From Sandaracinaceae bacterium (GTDB lineage Bacteria; Myxococcota_A; Polyangia; Polyangiales; Sandaracinaceae), in assembly GCA_044220955.1 (NCBI GenBank), contig JBGAQA010000005.1, forward strand, positions 73,052 through 137,051: a DNA stretch of 64,000 bases, in the 5' to 3' direction. The position numbers and the translations under genes were made by a program. The notes under the pieces were generated by a model, which was not told the DNA's origin, did no database searches, and worked only from the letters and a program-made list of their open reading frames with translations. Shown piece after piece: positions 1-8,811 of this stretch. The first letter of the stretch is position 1. The number at the start of each line of letters is the position of its first letter.

Positions 1-235
1 CTCGCTTGGCGAGCGCCTCGATCTGCGCGGGATCGCGGACGTCTGCCCTCGCGGCGACGGCCTCGGCGCCCCGCTCTCGGCAGAGCTTGCCCGTCGCTTC
101 GGCGCTCTCGAGTTCCACGTCGCTCGCGAGCACGCGCGCGCCACGGCTCGCGAGCTCGAGCGCCACCGCGCGGCCGAAGCCGCTCCCTGCCCCCGTGATC
201 ACCGACCTCGCCTTGCTCGGGAGCTTCCTGCGCAT
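1..235 (-). CDS. Short-chain dehydrogenase/reductase (SDR), 5' part only; runs off the window start
   Basis: Reverse strand from ATG at 235 reads MRRKLPSKARSVITGAGSGFGRAVALELASRGARVLASDVE...ADVRD, with the Rossmann TGxGxGxG motif. Not in the ORF track because it is truncated. Confidence 0.85.
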   Translation of the reverse strand, partial: MRRKLPSKARSVITGAGSGFGRAVALELASRGARVLASDVELESAEATGKLCRERGAEAVAARADVRDPAQIEALAKR

Positions 236-320
236 GGCAGTATCCTTAGCAACCCGGGCGCGGCGAGGGCGCTCGCGTCCGGGAGGACGACGCACACGAA
301 CGATCGTCCCGAGGCCGGCG

Positions 321-908
321 ATGGAGATCGAGACGTACGACCCGAGGCTCGACGATGCGCTCGCATTCGTCGCCGAGCGCTTTCGCCACAAGCCGCGCAA
401 GGCGACGCGCGTGCCCTACCTCAGCCACCTGCTCGCGGTGACGGCGATGGTCATGGAGCACGGCGGCAGCGCGGACCAGATGGTGGCCGCGGCGCTGCAC
501 GACTACCTCGAAGACATTCCCGGCGCCTCGCTCGGCGAGATCGAGGACCGCTTCGGCGCGAACGTCGCGCGCCTCGTCGATGCGCTCTCGGACAGCAAGG
601 ACGCGTCCAGGCCCAAGGCGCCGTGGCGCGAGCGCAAGATCGCGCACCTCTCGCGCCTGACGCCTGCGGCCGGCGACGTGAAGCTGATCGCCGCGTGCGA
701 CAAGCTCCACAACGTTCGCTCGGTGGTCCACGAGCAGAAGCGCGTGGGCGACGCGGCGTTCTCGCGCTTCAACGCGAGCATGGCGGACTCCCTCTGGTAC
801 TACCGAGCCGCGCTCGAGGCGCTGCGCACCGGCTGGGAGCACGAGGTGCTCGAGGAGCTCGCGAGCGCCGTGGCCGAGGCGCACCGGCTCGCCGACGTTC
901 CGCTGTGA
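321..908 (+). CDS. Stand-alone HD-domain protein, small alarmone hydrolase (SAH/Mesh1-like)
   Basis: RK..RVPYLSHL, AAALHDYLED, V..LSD.K, W.ERK and DKLHN motifs of the RelA/SpoT hydrolase domain; about 195 aa with no synthetase domain. Confidence 0.8.
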   Translation: MEIETYDPRLDDALAFVAERFRHKPRKATRVPYLSHLLAVTAMVMEHGGSADQMVAAALHDYLEDIPGASLGEIEDRFGANVARLVDALSDSKDASRPKAPWRERKIAHLSRLTPAAGDVKLIAACDKLHNVRSVVHEQKRVGDAAFSRFNASMADSLWYYRAALEALRTGWEHEVLEELASAVAEAHRLADVPL

Positions 909-986
909 GAGCGCGTCCCGAAGCGGCGCCGTTTCGCCTCGGCGCAGGAGCCGCGGAGACGAGCCGGCGCCACTCCCGACGGCCTC

Positions 987-1766
987 TCAGATCGCGGTGA
1001 CGCTCACCGCGTGGGTACACGCGCGGTAGATCGTGTCGCGCACGCGCAGCGTGTACGTCCCGGGCGTCAGGTCGCGCTCGAGCTGCGCGCTCGAGTCCGG
1101 CCCGCCGTACGAGTTGCTGTCGATGGACGCTGCGTTCTGGATGAGCTCGATGCGCGAGGTGCACATGCCGGAGTCGGTCGCGGCGGCTTGGATCCGGTAG
1201 CGACCCGCCGCCGCGATCGTGATGGTGAGCTCGGCGCTCGCGGGTCGGTCCCAGTCGGCGCTCGGGGTGGTGACGGTCGCGGGCGGGGCTCCCGGAGCGA
1301 TCGCGGCGGCGGGCGTGAACGGCGCCGGCTGGGTCACCGACACCTGCACGCTCGCGGCGGCGTGGTTGTACTCGTGGACGCGGACGGTGTAGGTGCCGGG
1401 CGCGAGGAACGCCGCGAGCCGCGCGTCGTAGCCCTCGCCGCTGTCCGAGTCGGTCGCGACCGTCCATCCGTTCGCGTCGAGGACCGAGAGCTGGGCGTCC
1501 GCGGGCATGCCGAGCGCGTCGATCTGCAGCTCGCTCGGCGCGGCCACGGCGAGGGTCCATCGCGGCGCCGCGGCGACGTTCACGGTGATGGGAGCAGCCC
1601 CGATCGCGATGGTCGTCGGGTTCGGGCCGCCGGGCGTCGCGGGCGCGAGCGCCGACGGGTCGGCGGGCACGGCGGGCGTCGCGCCGCCGGAGCCGCCCAT
1701 GCAGCAGCCGCCGAGGGCGAGCAGGGCCGAGAGGGCGAGCGAGAGGTTCGTCGAGAGGGTGCGCAT
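987..1766 (-). CDS. Lipoprotein with two PPC (pre-peptidase C-terminal)-like beta-sandwich domains
   Basis: Lipobox LALGGC, Pro/Ala linker, repeated D.DSG.G..ARL...L.PGTY.VRV pattern. Confidence 0.7.
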   Translation of the reverse strand: MRTLSTNLSLALSALLALGGCCMGGSGGATPAVPADPSALAPATPGGPNPTTIAIGAAPITVNVAAAPRWTLAVAAPSELQIDALGMPADAQLSVLDANGWTVATDSDSGEGYDARLAAFLAPGTYTVRVHEYNHAAASVQVSVTQPAPFTPAAAIAPGAPPATVTTPSADWDRPASAELTITIAAAGRYRIQAAATDSGMCTSRIELIQNAASIDSNSYGGPDSSAQLERDLTPGTYTLRVRDTIYRACTHAVSVTAI

Positions 1767-1788
1767 CTTGGTTCTCCGTCTCTTTCGC

Positions 1789-2496
1789 TCAGCGCGCCGG
1801 GGCGACGGTGAGGGTCATCGGGCAGGCGTGGCCCCACCAGTTGCGGATCCGGAGCGTGTAGCTGCCCGCCACGAGCGCGCGCTCGGCCGTGGCCGGCGTC
1901 CCCGAGCCGGTGCCGGAGATCGCGTAGCCCTCGACGGCCATGTCGTGGATGACGCTGATCTCGGGCGAGCACTGGGCATCGCCCGGGATCGCGGTGATCG
2001 CGTAGTTCCCCGGCGTGGCGACGCTGAGCGCGACCTCGACGCTCGCTGCGCGCGACCAGTCGCCCTCGGGCGTGCTGATCGCGGCCGGCGGCGCGCCCGG
2101 GGCGATGGTGGCCACGGGCGTGAACGCCGGTGCCGCCGTCACCTGCACGTTCGCGGCCATCGCGCGGTACTGGTACTCCCAGACGACGATCTGGTACGTG
2201 CCCGGCGCCACGAACCAGGCGAGGCGCGCGTTGGTGCCGTCGCCGGAGTCGCTGTCGTCGGCGACGTAGGAGCCGTCGCGCATCAGCCGGATCTGGGCGT
2301 CGCCCCCGTCCGTCGCGATCGCGTCGACGATGATCTCCTGCGCCGCGTCGACCGTGAGCGTGAGGCTCGGGTCGGCGGCCACCGCGCCGGTCGCGGGAGG
2401 CGCACCGACGGTCAGGGCAGGAAGGGTCTGGGCGAGCGCGGTGCCGGCGAGGCCGGTCAGCGCGAGGGCGAGAAGGGGCGAGAAGGTTCGTCGCAT
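1789..2496 (-). CDS. Secreted protein with two PPC-like domains; paralogue of the adjacent 987-1766 gene
   Basis: Signal peptide MRRTFSPLLALALTGLAGTALA; DDSDSGDGTNARL..APGTY; GGAG SD upstream of ATG 2496. Confidence 0.7.
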   Translation of the reverse strand: MRRTFSPLLALALTGLAGTALAQTLPALTVGAPPATGAVAADPSLTLTVDAAQEIIVDAIATDGGDAQIRLMRDGSYVADDSDSGDGTNARLAWFVAPGTYQIVVWEYQYRAMAANVQVTAAPAFTPVATIAPGAPPAAISTPEGDWSRAASVEVALSVATPGNYAITAIPGDAQCSPEISVIHDMAVEGYAISGTGSGTPATAERALVAGSYTLRIRNWWGHACPMTLTVAPAR

Positions 2497-2560
2497 CGTG
2501 TCTCCTGGGGCTCGGTCACCGAGCGGTGAGCCGTGCGTGGGATACGCGAGCGAGCGAAAG

Positions 2561-2581
2561 GACACCTCCGCGGGAGGCGTC
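2561..2581 (-). terminator. Hairpin downstream of udk, possible intrinsic terminator
   Basis: Minus strand GACGCCTCC-cgc-GGAGGTGTC followed by CTTTC, about 20 nt after the udk stop. Confidence 0.4.
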
Positions 2582-2599
2582 AAACGTGGTCAAAGCGCG

Positions 2600-3220
2600 T
2601 CAAGCGCGGGCGAGGACGGCGCGCACCTTGGCCGTGATCAGGTCGAGCGCGACGCGGTTGTCGCCGCCCTCGGGGATGATCAGGTCGGCCCAGCGCTTGG
2701 ACGGCTCGACGAACTGCAGGTGCATCGGCCGCACCGTCCGGTAGTACTGCTCGCGCACCGACTCGAACGTGCGACCGCGGTGCTCCATGTCGCGCCGCAC
2801 CCGGCGCAGCACGCGGATGTCGGCGTCGGTGTCGACGAAGAGCTTGAGATCGAGCTGCTCGCGCAGGTCCGCGTCGCTGAAGAGCAGGATCCCCTCGACC
2901 ACCACGATCGGCGTCGGCTCGATGCGCCGCGTGTGCGGGCCGCGCCGGTGGATCTTGAAGTCGTACATCGGCACTTCGATCGGCTGCCCGTGCTTGAGCG
3001 CGTGGACGTGCGAGACGAGGAGCGAGGTCTCGAGCGAGTCCGGGTGGTCGAAGTTGAGGTTGCAGCGCTCGTCGTAGGTGAGGTCTCCGCGATCGAGGTA
3101 GTACGCGTCGTGCTCGAGGATGGTGACCTGCTCGGAAGGGAGCGCCTCGGCGATCTTGCGCGCGATCGTGGTCTTGCCCGACCCCGTCCCTCCGGCGACG
3201 CCCACGACGTACGGCTTCAT
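2600..3220 (-). CDS. udk: Uridine kinase
   Basis: MKPYVVGVAGGTGSGKTT P-loop, HDAYY, NFDHPDS, VEGIL, RRVRRD..RGR, QFVEPSKRWADLIIP. Confidence 0.95.
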   Translation of the reverse strand: MKPYVVGVAGGTGSGKTTIARKIAEALPSEQVTILEHDAYYLDRGDLTYDERCNLNFDHPDSLETSLLVSHVHALKHGQPIEVPMYDFKIHRRGPHTRRIEPTPIVVVEGILLFSDADLREQLDLKLFVDTDADIRVLRRVRRDMEHRGRTFESVREQYYRTVRPMHLQFVEPSKRWADLIIPEGGDNRVALDLITAKVRAVLARA

Positions 3221-3286
3221 GCGGCGCGCATCCTGGCACGAAGTGCTGTCCTCGCACGCGCCCCGGCGTGGCGTACATTGCGAGCC

Positions 3287-5005
3287 ATGCGCCGCGTCGC
3301 CGCCGCCTTCTCGCTCGGGCTCGCAGTCGCATGCGGCGGGGCCACCGCGCCGCCCCCCGCGACCACCGCAGTCACCACGGCCGCCACCGGGGAGGTCACG
3401 ATCTCGATCGTCGGGACGAACGACCTCCACGGCCACCTGCGCGCGCTGCCGCTCCTGGCCGGCTACGTCGCGAACCTCCGCGCCGCGCGCGAGCGCGACG
3501 GCGGCGCCGTGATCCTCGTGGACGGCGGCGACGTCTTCCAGGGCACGCTCGAGTCGAACCTGCGCGAGGGCGCCCCCGTCGTGACCGCGTACGACCTGCT
3601 CGGCTACGACGCGGTCACGATCGGCAACCACGAGTTCGACTACGGGCCCGTCGGACCGGACGCGACGGTGCAGCACGAAGGCGAGGATCCGCGCGGTGCG
3701 CTCGAGGCGCGCATCGCCGAGTCCCACTTCGCGTGGCTGAGCGCCAACCTCGTCACGCGGGCGACGGGCCAGAGCGCGGGCCTGGCGCCACCCAGCACGA
3801 TCGTCGAGCGCGCGGGCGTCCGCGTCGGCGTGATCGGCGTGACCACCGAGCAGACGCTCACGACGACGATCGCGGCGAACGTGACGGACCTGGCGATCCG
3901 CCCGCTCGCGGTCGCGATCGCCGCCGAGGCACAGCGCCTCCGCAGCGAGGAGCACGCGGCCGTCGTCGTGGTCGCCGCGCACGCTGGCGGCAACTGCGCC
4001 TCGCTCGACGATCCGCACGACCTCGCGAGCTGCGATCTCCACGACGAGATCTTCGAGGTCGCCGCCGCGCTGCCGCCGCACCTCGTCGACGTGATCGTCG
4101 CGGGGCACACGCACCAGGCCGTCGCGCACGTCGCGTCCGGGATCACGATCATCGAGTCGCGCTCGTACGGGCGCTCGTTCGGCCGGGTCGACCTCGCGGT
4201 CGATCGCGCGACGGGTCGGATCACCTCTTCGCGCGTGTTCCCGACACGGGATCTCTGTCGCGAGCAGCCGGCGCCCGACGCCGACCCCTCCGCGTGCGCG
4301 CACGACGACTACGAGGGCGCGCGGGTGGTGCCCGACGCGCGCGTGGCCGAGGTGGTGCGCGAGGCGCTGGCGTTCGCGGACGCGCAGCGGAGCCGGCCGC
4401 TGGGCGTGACGCTGACCGCGCAGGTCCGTCGCGACGGCCGGGGCGAGTGCGCGCTCGGCAACCTCTTCACCGACCTCATGCACGAGGCCCGGCCCGCGGC
4501 GGACCTCGCGCTCTACAACGGCGGCGGCCTGCGCGCGGATCTCCCCGCGGGCCCGCTGACCTACGGCTCGTTCTACGAGGCGCTCCCCTTCGACAACCGC
4601 TTCGCGCTGGTGCGCTCGAGCGGCCGCGAGGTCGCCGAGCTCTTCGCGCGCGACGTGACGCACGCCGGCAGCGTGCTGAGCGTGTCCGGCGTCCGCGTCG
4701 TGGCGCGCTGCGAAGGAAGCGAGGCGCGCGTCACCCTCGAGCGTGCCGACGGGCGGGCCATCGGCGACGACGAGCCCCTCACGCTCGTCGTGAGCGACTT
4801 CATCGCCACGGGCGGCGACGGCTTCTTCGCGCGGGCCCGCGAGCAGGCGGGCGCGGTCACGCTCGAGGACGACCCACCGATGCGCGAAGCGATGGTCTCG
4901 CTCCTCGAGGCGCACGGCGGGACGCTCGACCCGGACGTGCTCTTCGATCCCGCGCGCCCGCGCATCGTCGTTCCCGGCGGTCGACGCCCGATGACCTGTC
5001 CGTGA
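3287..5005 (+). CDS. Bifunctional metallophosphatase/5'-nucleotidase lipoprotein
   Basis: Lipobox LAVAC; TNDLHG, DGGDVFQG, GNHEFD, AGHTH motifs; C-terminal NGGGLRADL and LPFDN. Confidence 0.92.
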   Translation: MRRVAAAFSLGLAVACGGATAPPPATTAVTTAATGEVTISIVGTNDLHGHLRALPLLAGYVANLRAARERDGGAVILVDGGDVFQGTLESNLREGAPVVTAYDLLGYDAVTIGNHEFDYGPVGPDATVQHEGEDPRGALEARIAESHFAWLSANLVTRATGQSAGLAPPSTIVERAGVRVGVIGVTTEQTLTTTIAANVTDLAIRPLAVAIAAEAQRLRSEEHAAVVVVAAHAGGNCASLDDPHDLASCDLHDEIFEVAAALPPHLVDVIVAGHTHQAVAHVASGITIIESRSYGRSFGRVDLAVDRATGRITSSRVFPTRDLCREQPAPDADPSACAHDDYEGARVVPDARVAEVVREALAFADAQRSRPLGVTLTAQVRRDGRGECALGNLFTDLMHEARPAADLALYNGGGLRADLPAGPLTYGSFYEALPFDNRFALVRSSGREVAELFARDVTHAGSVLSVSGVRVVARCEGSEARVTLERADGRAIGDDEPLTLVVSDFIATGGDGFFARAREQAGAVTLEDDPPMREAMVSLLEAHGGTLDPDVLFDPARPRIVVPGGRRPMTCP

Positions 5006-5301
5006 GCGAGCTCGACTGCCTCCGATGCGGCGCGTGCTGCACGTCACCCTCGGCGCGGCACGTCCCGGTCACGGGCCGCGACTGGGACCGGCTGGCAGAC
5101 CGCGCCGACGAGCTGACCGACTGGACCGAGAGCCACGCGTTCATGCGCATGGAGCGCGGGCGGTGCATCGCGCTCGCCGACGACGCCGATCGGCTGCGCT
5201 GCACCGTCTACGAGCGGCGCCCCGACGTGTGCCGCGAGCTCGAGCGCGGCGGGCCCGCGTGCGAGGCCGAGCGCGCACGCAAGCTGCCCGTCGTGCGCTG
5301 A
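5002..5301 (+). CDS. YkgJ-family CxxCxxCC zinc/iron-chelating protein
   Basis: CLRCGACC...CIAL...CTVYERRPDVCR; GTG start overlaps the upstream stop (GTGA). Confidence 0.85.
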   Translation: MSELDCLRCGACCTSPSARHVPVTGRDWDRLADRADELTDWTESHAFMRMERGRCIALADDADRLRCTVYERRPDVCRELERGGPACEAERARKLPVVR

Positions 5302-5317
5302 CGCGAGCGGCGAACGC

Positions 5318-6079
5318 TCACGGACCGCACTGGCCGGCGGTGATGCCGCCGAACCCGGCGCAGCTCGCCTCCGTGCAGAGGAACGTCTCGCAGTCGTAGC
5401 AGGTGCCGAACGTGCAGCTCGTCGGACGCACCGCGCGCACGCGCACGAGCGAGGCGTCGGTCGTGGTCTCGCCGGTGTCGGTGACGATGGTCGCGCTCGT
5501 GCAGCCCGGGGAGCTCGGGTACATCGAGCGGCAGGTCGACTCGGCCATGCAGAGGTCGCTGCGGCTCCCGTGGTTCACGCCGTACGCGCGCGCCGCGCCG
5601 CAGCAGTCGGTGCGATGGAGCTGCACGACGCAGTTCGCGCGCGCCGCGTCGACGGTGCCTCCCGCCGCGCCGCGAGCGGCCGACGCGATGGCCGCCGCCC
5701 AGTTGGTGCACTCGAGGCCGGGCAGGCACATGATGGCGCCGTCCGGATAGAACGGGTTGGTGTCGAGGTTGGCGTCGCTCGCGCTCCCGGCGTCGGTGCC
5801 CGCGTCGTCGCCGCTGGCGCCGGTGTCGTCGGCCGTGGCGCCGGTGTCGGTCGGTGGGCTGCCCGTGTCCATCGGCGGGACGCCCGTGTCCATCGGCGGG
5901 ACGCCCGTGTCGACCGGCGGTACGCCCGTGTCGACCGGCGGTACGCCCGTGTCGACGGCGCCGGTGCCCGTGTCGTTCCCGCCGGTGCCGGTGTCGGTCC
6001 CGGGTGCGGTCGAGGGGTTGCTGCAGCCCGCGATCAAGGCGAGCGCGCAGGCGGTGAGCGAGACGAGACCACGCGTCAT
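5318..6079 (-). CDS. Cys-rich lipoprotein with a DTG-repeat linker
   Basis: Lipobox LIAGC, GGAGG SD, (V/M)DTGVPP repeats, Cys-rich C-terminal domain. Confidence 0.75.
   Translation of the reverse strand: MTRGLVSLTACALALIAGCSNPSTAPGTDTGTGGNDTGTGAVDTGVPPVDTGVPPVDTGVPPMDTGVPPMDTGSPPTDTGATADDTGASGDDAGTDAGSASDANLDTNPFYPDGAIMCLPGLECTNWAAAIASAARGAAGGTVDAARANCVVQLHRTDCCGAARAYGVNHGSRSDLCMAESTCRSMYPSSPGCTSATIVTDTGETTTDASLVRVRAVRPTSCTFGTCYDCETFLCTEASCAGFGGITAGQCGP
5861..5956 (-). repeat. Intragenic 21-bp tandem repeat, about 4.5 copies, encoding (V/M)DTGVPP
   Basis: GCCCGTGTCCATCGGCGGGAC / GCCCGTGTCGACCGGCGGTAC units on the + strand. Confidence 0.85.
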
Positions 6080-6152
6080 GGGTTCCTCCAAGAAAGAAAC
6101 CACAGGATAGATGGTTCCCGTCGCGGACGGCAAATCCGCCGTCGGAGGCGGG

Positions 6153-6902
6153 TCAGCCCTCGAGCTCCGCCAGGACCGGCCCGTGGTCGCTCGTGCCGAA
6201 CTCGCGCGACGCGACGCACGAGCGCGCCTGGGCGGCGAGCTTCTCGCTCGCCAGAACGTAGTCGAGGCGCCAGCCGACGTTCTTCTGCCGGAGGTTCCGC
6301 CAGGGCGCCCACCACGTGTAGAGGCGGTCGTCGTCCGGCGCGAAGTGCCGCCCGAGATCGACGAGCCCGTGCGCCAGCAGGCCGGCGAACATCGCGCGCT
6401 CGCCGGGGGTCTGCCCGATCTCCTGTTCCTTCTGGAGCGACGGGTGCACGTCGCGGCGCTCGCGCGCGACGTTGTAGTCACCCGAGAGCACGAGCTGCTC
6501 GCCGCGCGCGTGCGCGTCCTTCACGAACGCGTCGAGGGCCGTCAGGAAGCGGACCTTCGCGTCGAAGTCCTTGCCACCGTTGGGCACGTAGATGGACGCG
6601 AACGTGCGCGTCCCCACTCGCGCGCATGCGATGCGGTGCTCGTGGTCGAAGTCCGGGTGGAAGTACGCGGGACGTTCCGGGAAGCGCGCCTTGGCGAAGT
6701 GCAGCGCCACGCCCGAGTAGCCCTTCTCGCCGTGCCAGTACGACCAGTAGCCGGGGAGCTCGACCAGCGCGCGCGGCACCTGATCGAGCGCGGCCTTCAC
6801 CTCCTGCAGGCAGACGACGTCGGGCGCCTGCGCCGCGAGCAGCTCGACGAGCTGAGCCTCGCGCGCGCGGATGCCGTTCACGTTCCAGGTCACGAGCTTC
6901 AT
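6153..6902 (-). CDS. xth: Exodeoxyribonuclease III (AP endonuclease)
   Basis: MKLVTWNVNGIRAR, CLQEVK, GYSGVA, YVPNG, GDYNVA, YTWW, GWRLDY, SDHGPV. Confidence 0.95.
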   Translation of the reverse strand: MKLVTWNVNGIRAREAQLVELLAAQAPDVVCLQEVKAALDQVPRALVELPGYWSYWHGEKGYSGVALHFAKARFPERPAYFHPDFDHEHRIACARVGTRTFASIYVPNGGKDFDAKVRFLTALDAFVKDAHARGEQLVLSGDYNVARERRDVHPSLQKEQEIGQTPGERAMFAGLLAHGLVDLGRHFAPDDDRLYTWWAPWRNLRQKNVGWRLDYVLASEKLAAQARSCVASREFGTSDHGPVLAELEG

Positions 6903-7025
6903 CGCGCGGGACGATACGCAAATCCCGTCCCCGCCGCGACCGCTCGCGCGCACGGGCGGACCGCTCGCCGCGTTCGCGGAAGGAACCCGGGGGGCCGCTC
7001 TGTCCGACGCCACACGGAGGATCCC

Positions 7026-7754
7026 ATGGACGGAACCAGCTTCGAAGCACCCAGGCCCGAGGCGCCGGTCGCGCCGCACCAGGCCGAGCCGCGCGACGAC
7101 CCGCCACCGGCCCTGCCCCTCGAGCGGCAGGGCATCACGGCCATCGTGGACGCGCTGCTGCGCAGCCCGACGCGCCTCTACGTCACCGCGTCCGAGCGCA
7201 GCGTGGCGAGCCGCCTGCTCGTCATCGTGCTCGTCAGCCTCGCCGGGACCGGCGTCGCGATGGCCTCGTGGTCGGGCGGACTGCAGCTCGCGCTCGTCCC
7301 GGTGAAGCTCGCGCTCGTCGCGCTCGTCACGGCCCTTGTCTGCATGCCGAGCCTGCACGTGCTCTCCGCGCTCTCGGGCAGCCCGCAGTCCATCCGGCAG
7401 ACCGGCTCCGCGCTCTCGATGGGGGTCGCGCTCGCCGCCGTCCTCGCCCTGGCGCTCGCGCCGATCGCCTGGGTCCTCTCGGCCGCGACGAGCTCGCTGG
7501 CGCTGGCCGGCGCGCTCCATCTCTCTGTCTTGCTCGTCGCCGCGGGGGCGGGGCTCGGGCTGGTGCGGCGCGCGCTCGCGAGCTCGGCCGGAACCACGAT
7601 CCGCGGGCTCGGCGCGTGGAGCTTCATGTTCGTCGTGGTCGCGCTCCAGCTCGCGACGACGCTGCGGCCGATGGTGGGCCCCTTCGACGGGCTCTGGCCC
7701 CACGAGCGCACCTTCTTCCTCGCGCACTTCGCCGACTGCCTCGGCGGGTCGTGA
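7026..7754 (+). CDS. Polytopic membrane protein (about 5 TM; possibly Yip1-like)
   Basis: GGAGG SD; hydrophobic segments; VKL, C.PSL..L and QL...LRP..G motifs shared with the next gene. Confidence 0.65.
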   Translation: MDGTSFEAPRPEAPVAPHQAEPRDDPPPALPLERQGITAIVDALLRSPTRLYVTASERSVASRLLVIVLVSLAGTGVAMASWSGGLQLALVPVKLALVALVTALVCMPSLHVLSALSGSPQSIRQTGSALSMGVALAAVLALALAPIAWVLSAATSSLALAGALHLSVLLVAAGAGLGLVRRALASSAGTTIRGLGAWSFMFVVVALQLATTLRPMVGPFDGLWPHERTFFLAHFADCLGGS

Positions 7755-8773
7755 TGTCGGGCCGTGTGTCCCCGCTCGCGCTGGTCCGGATCGACGACGC
7801 GCTCGTGGAACGCGTGAGGCGAAAGGATCGCCTCGGAGCGCTGGCGGTGTCGGCGCTCGCCGCGATCGCGCTCGGCGCTGGCGCGTACGGGGCGGTGTTC
7901 GGGATCTGGCGCGCACCGGAGCAGGCCCTCTTCGGCGCGCTCAAGCTGCCTCTGGTCGTCCTCGGCGTCGCGCTCCTGACGGCGGCGTCGAGCGCGGCGC
8001 TCGCGCCGCTCCTCGGCGCGAGGCTGGCGCCCGGGCAGGCGATCGTGGTCGCGCTCGCCTCCCTCTCGGTGACGTCGGCGATCCTCGGCGCGCTGGCGCC
8101 CGCGGTGCTGGTCTTCGTGATGGCCGCGCCGCCTCGCGGGAGCGAGGGAGAGCTCGCCGTGGCGCAGTCGCTCGTCCTCACGCACACGCTCGTGATCGCC
8201 ATCGCCGGGATCGCGGGCGTTCTCGCGCTGCTCGACCTCGTCGGGCGCCTCGTCTCGAGCCGGCAGATCGCGCGGCGCGTGGCGCTCGTGTGGCTTGGGG
8301 CGCAGCTGCTCGTCGGCGCGCAGCTCTCGTGGCTCGCGCGGCCCTTCCTCGGGAGCCCGACGCGGCCCGTGGTGTTCTTCTCGCCCGACGCGCTCGAGGG
8401 CGGCTTCTTCGACGAGATCCTGCGCCTCTCGGACGCACGCTTCGGCTCGCTCTCGCCGGTCGTGCTCGGGTGGCTCGCGCTCATGGCCGCGGTGTGGATC
8501 GTCGTCGCGCTCGCCGGCGGAAGCGCTCGCGTCCAGGTCCTTCCGGCGGGGCTGGAGGTGCGGAGCGCCGACGCCGCCCCGGAGCTGGTGCCCTGGTGCG
8601 ACGTCGCGGGGGCGCGGGCGAGCGGGCTGCGGGTGCGGATCACGCTCGCGCCGGACGAGCGCTTCGTCGATCGGACGCTCGAGGTCGCGTGCTCCACGCT
8701 CCGCGCCGCCGCGGAGCTCGCACGGGCGATCGAGCTCGCCCGGGCGGCGCGTCCGGTCGGACCCTACCGCTGA
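7754..8773 (+). CDS. Paralogous polytopic membrane protein with a C-terminal soluble (PH-like?) domain
   Basis: ATG overlaps the upstream TGA; LKLPL and GAQLSWLARPFLGSP motifs; C-terminal VPWCDVAG segment. Confidence 0.65.
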   Translation: MSGRVSPLALVRIDDALVERVRRKDRLGALAVSALAAIALGAGAYGAVFGIWRAPEQALFGALKLPLVVLGVALLTAASSAALAPLLGARLAPGQAIVVALASLSVTSAILGALAPAVLVFVMAAPPRGSEGELAVAQSLVLTHTLVIAIAGIAGVLALLDLVGRLVSSRQIARRVALVWLGAQLLVGAQLSWLARPFLGSPTRPVVFFSPDALEGGFFDEILRLSDARFGSLSPVVLGWLALMAAVWIVVALAGGSARVQVLPAGLEVRSADAAPELVPWCDVAGARASGLRVRITLAPDERFVDRTLEVACSTLRAAAELARAIELARAARPVGPYR

Positions 8774-8811
8774 GCATCGACGGGCTGGCGCGAGGCCGGC
8801 CGCGATGATCT

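Noticed and set aside
2330..5047. Apparent 800-900 aa overlapping udk and nucleotidase ORFs
   Set aside because: The N-terminal extensions are the antisense of the neighbouring gene; the real starts are 3220 (-) and 3287 (+).
5861..5956. 21-bp repeats as a possible CRISPR array
   Set aside because: There are no spacers, the repeats are in frame inside a lipoprotein gene, and no cas genes are present.
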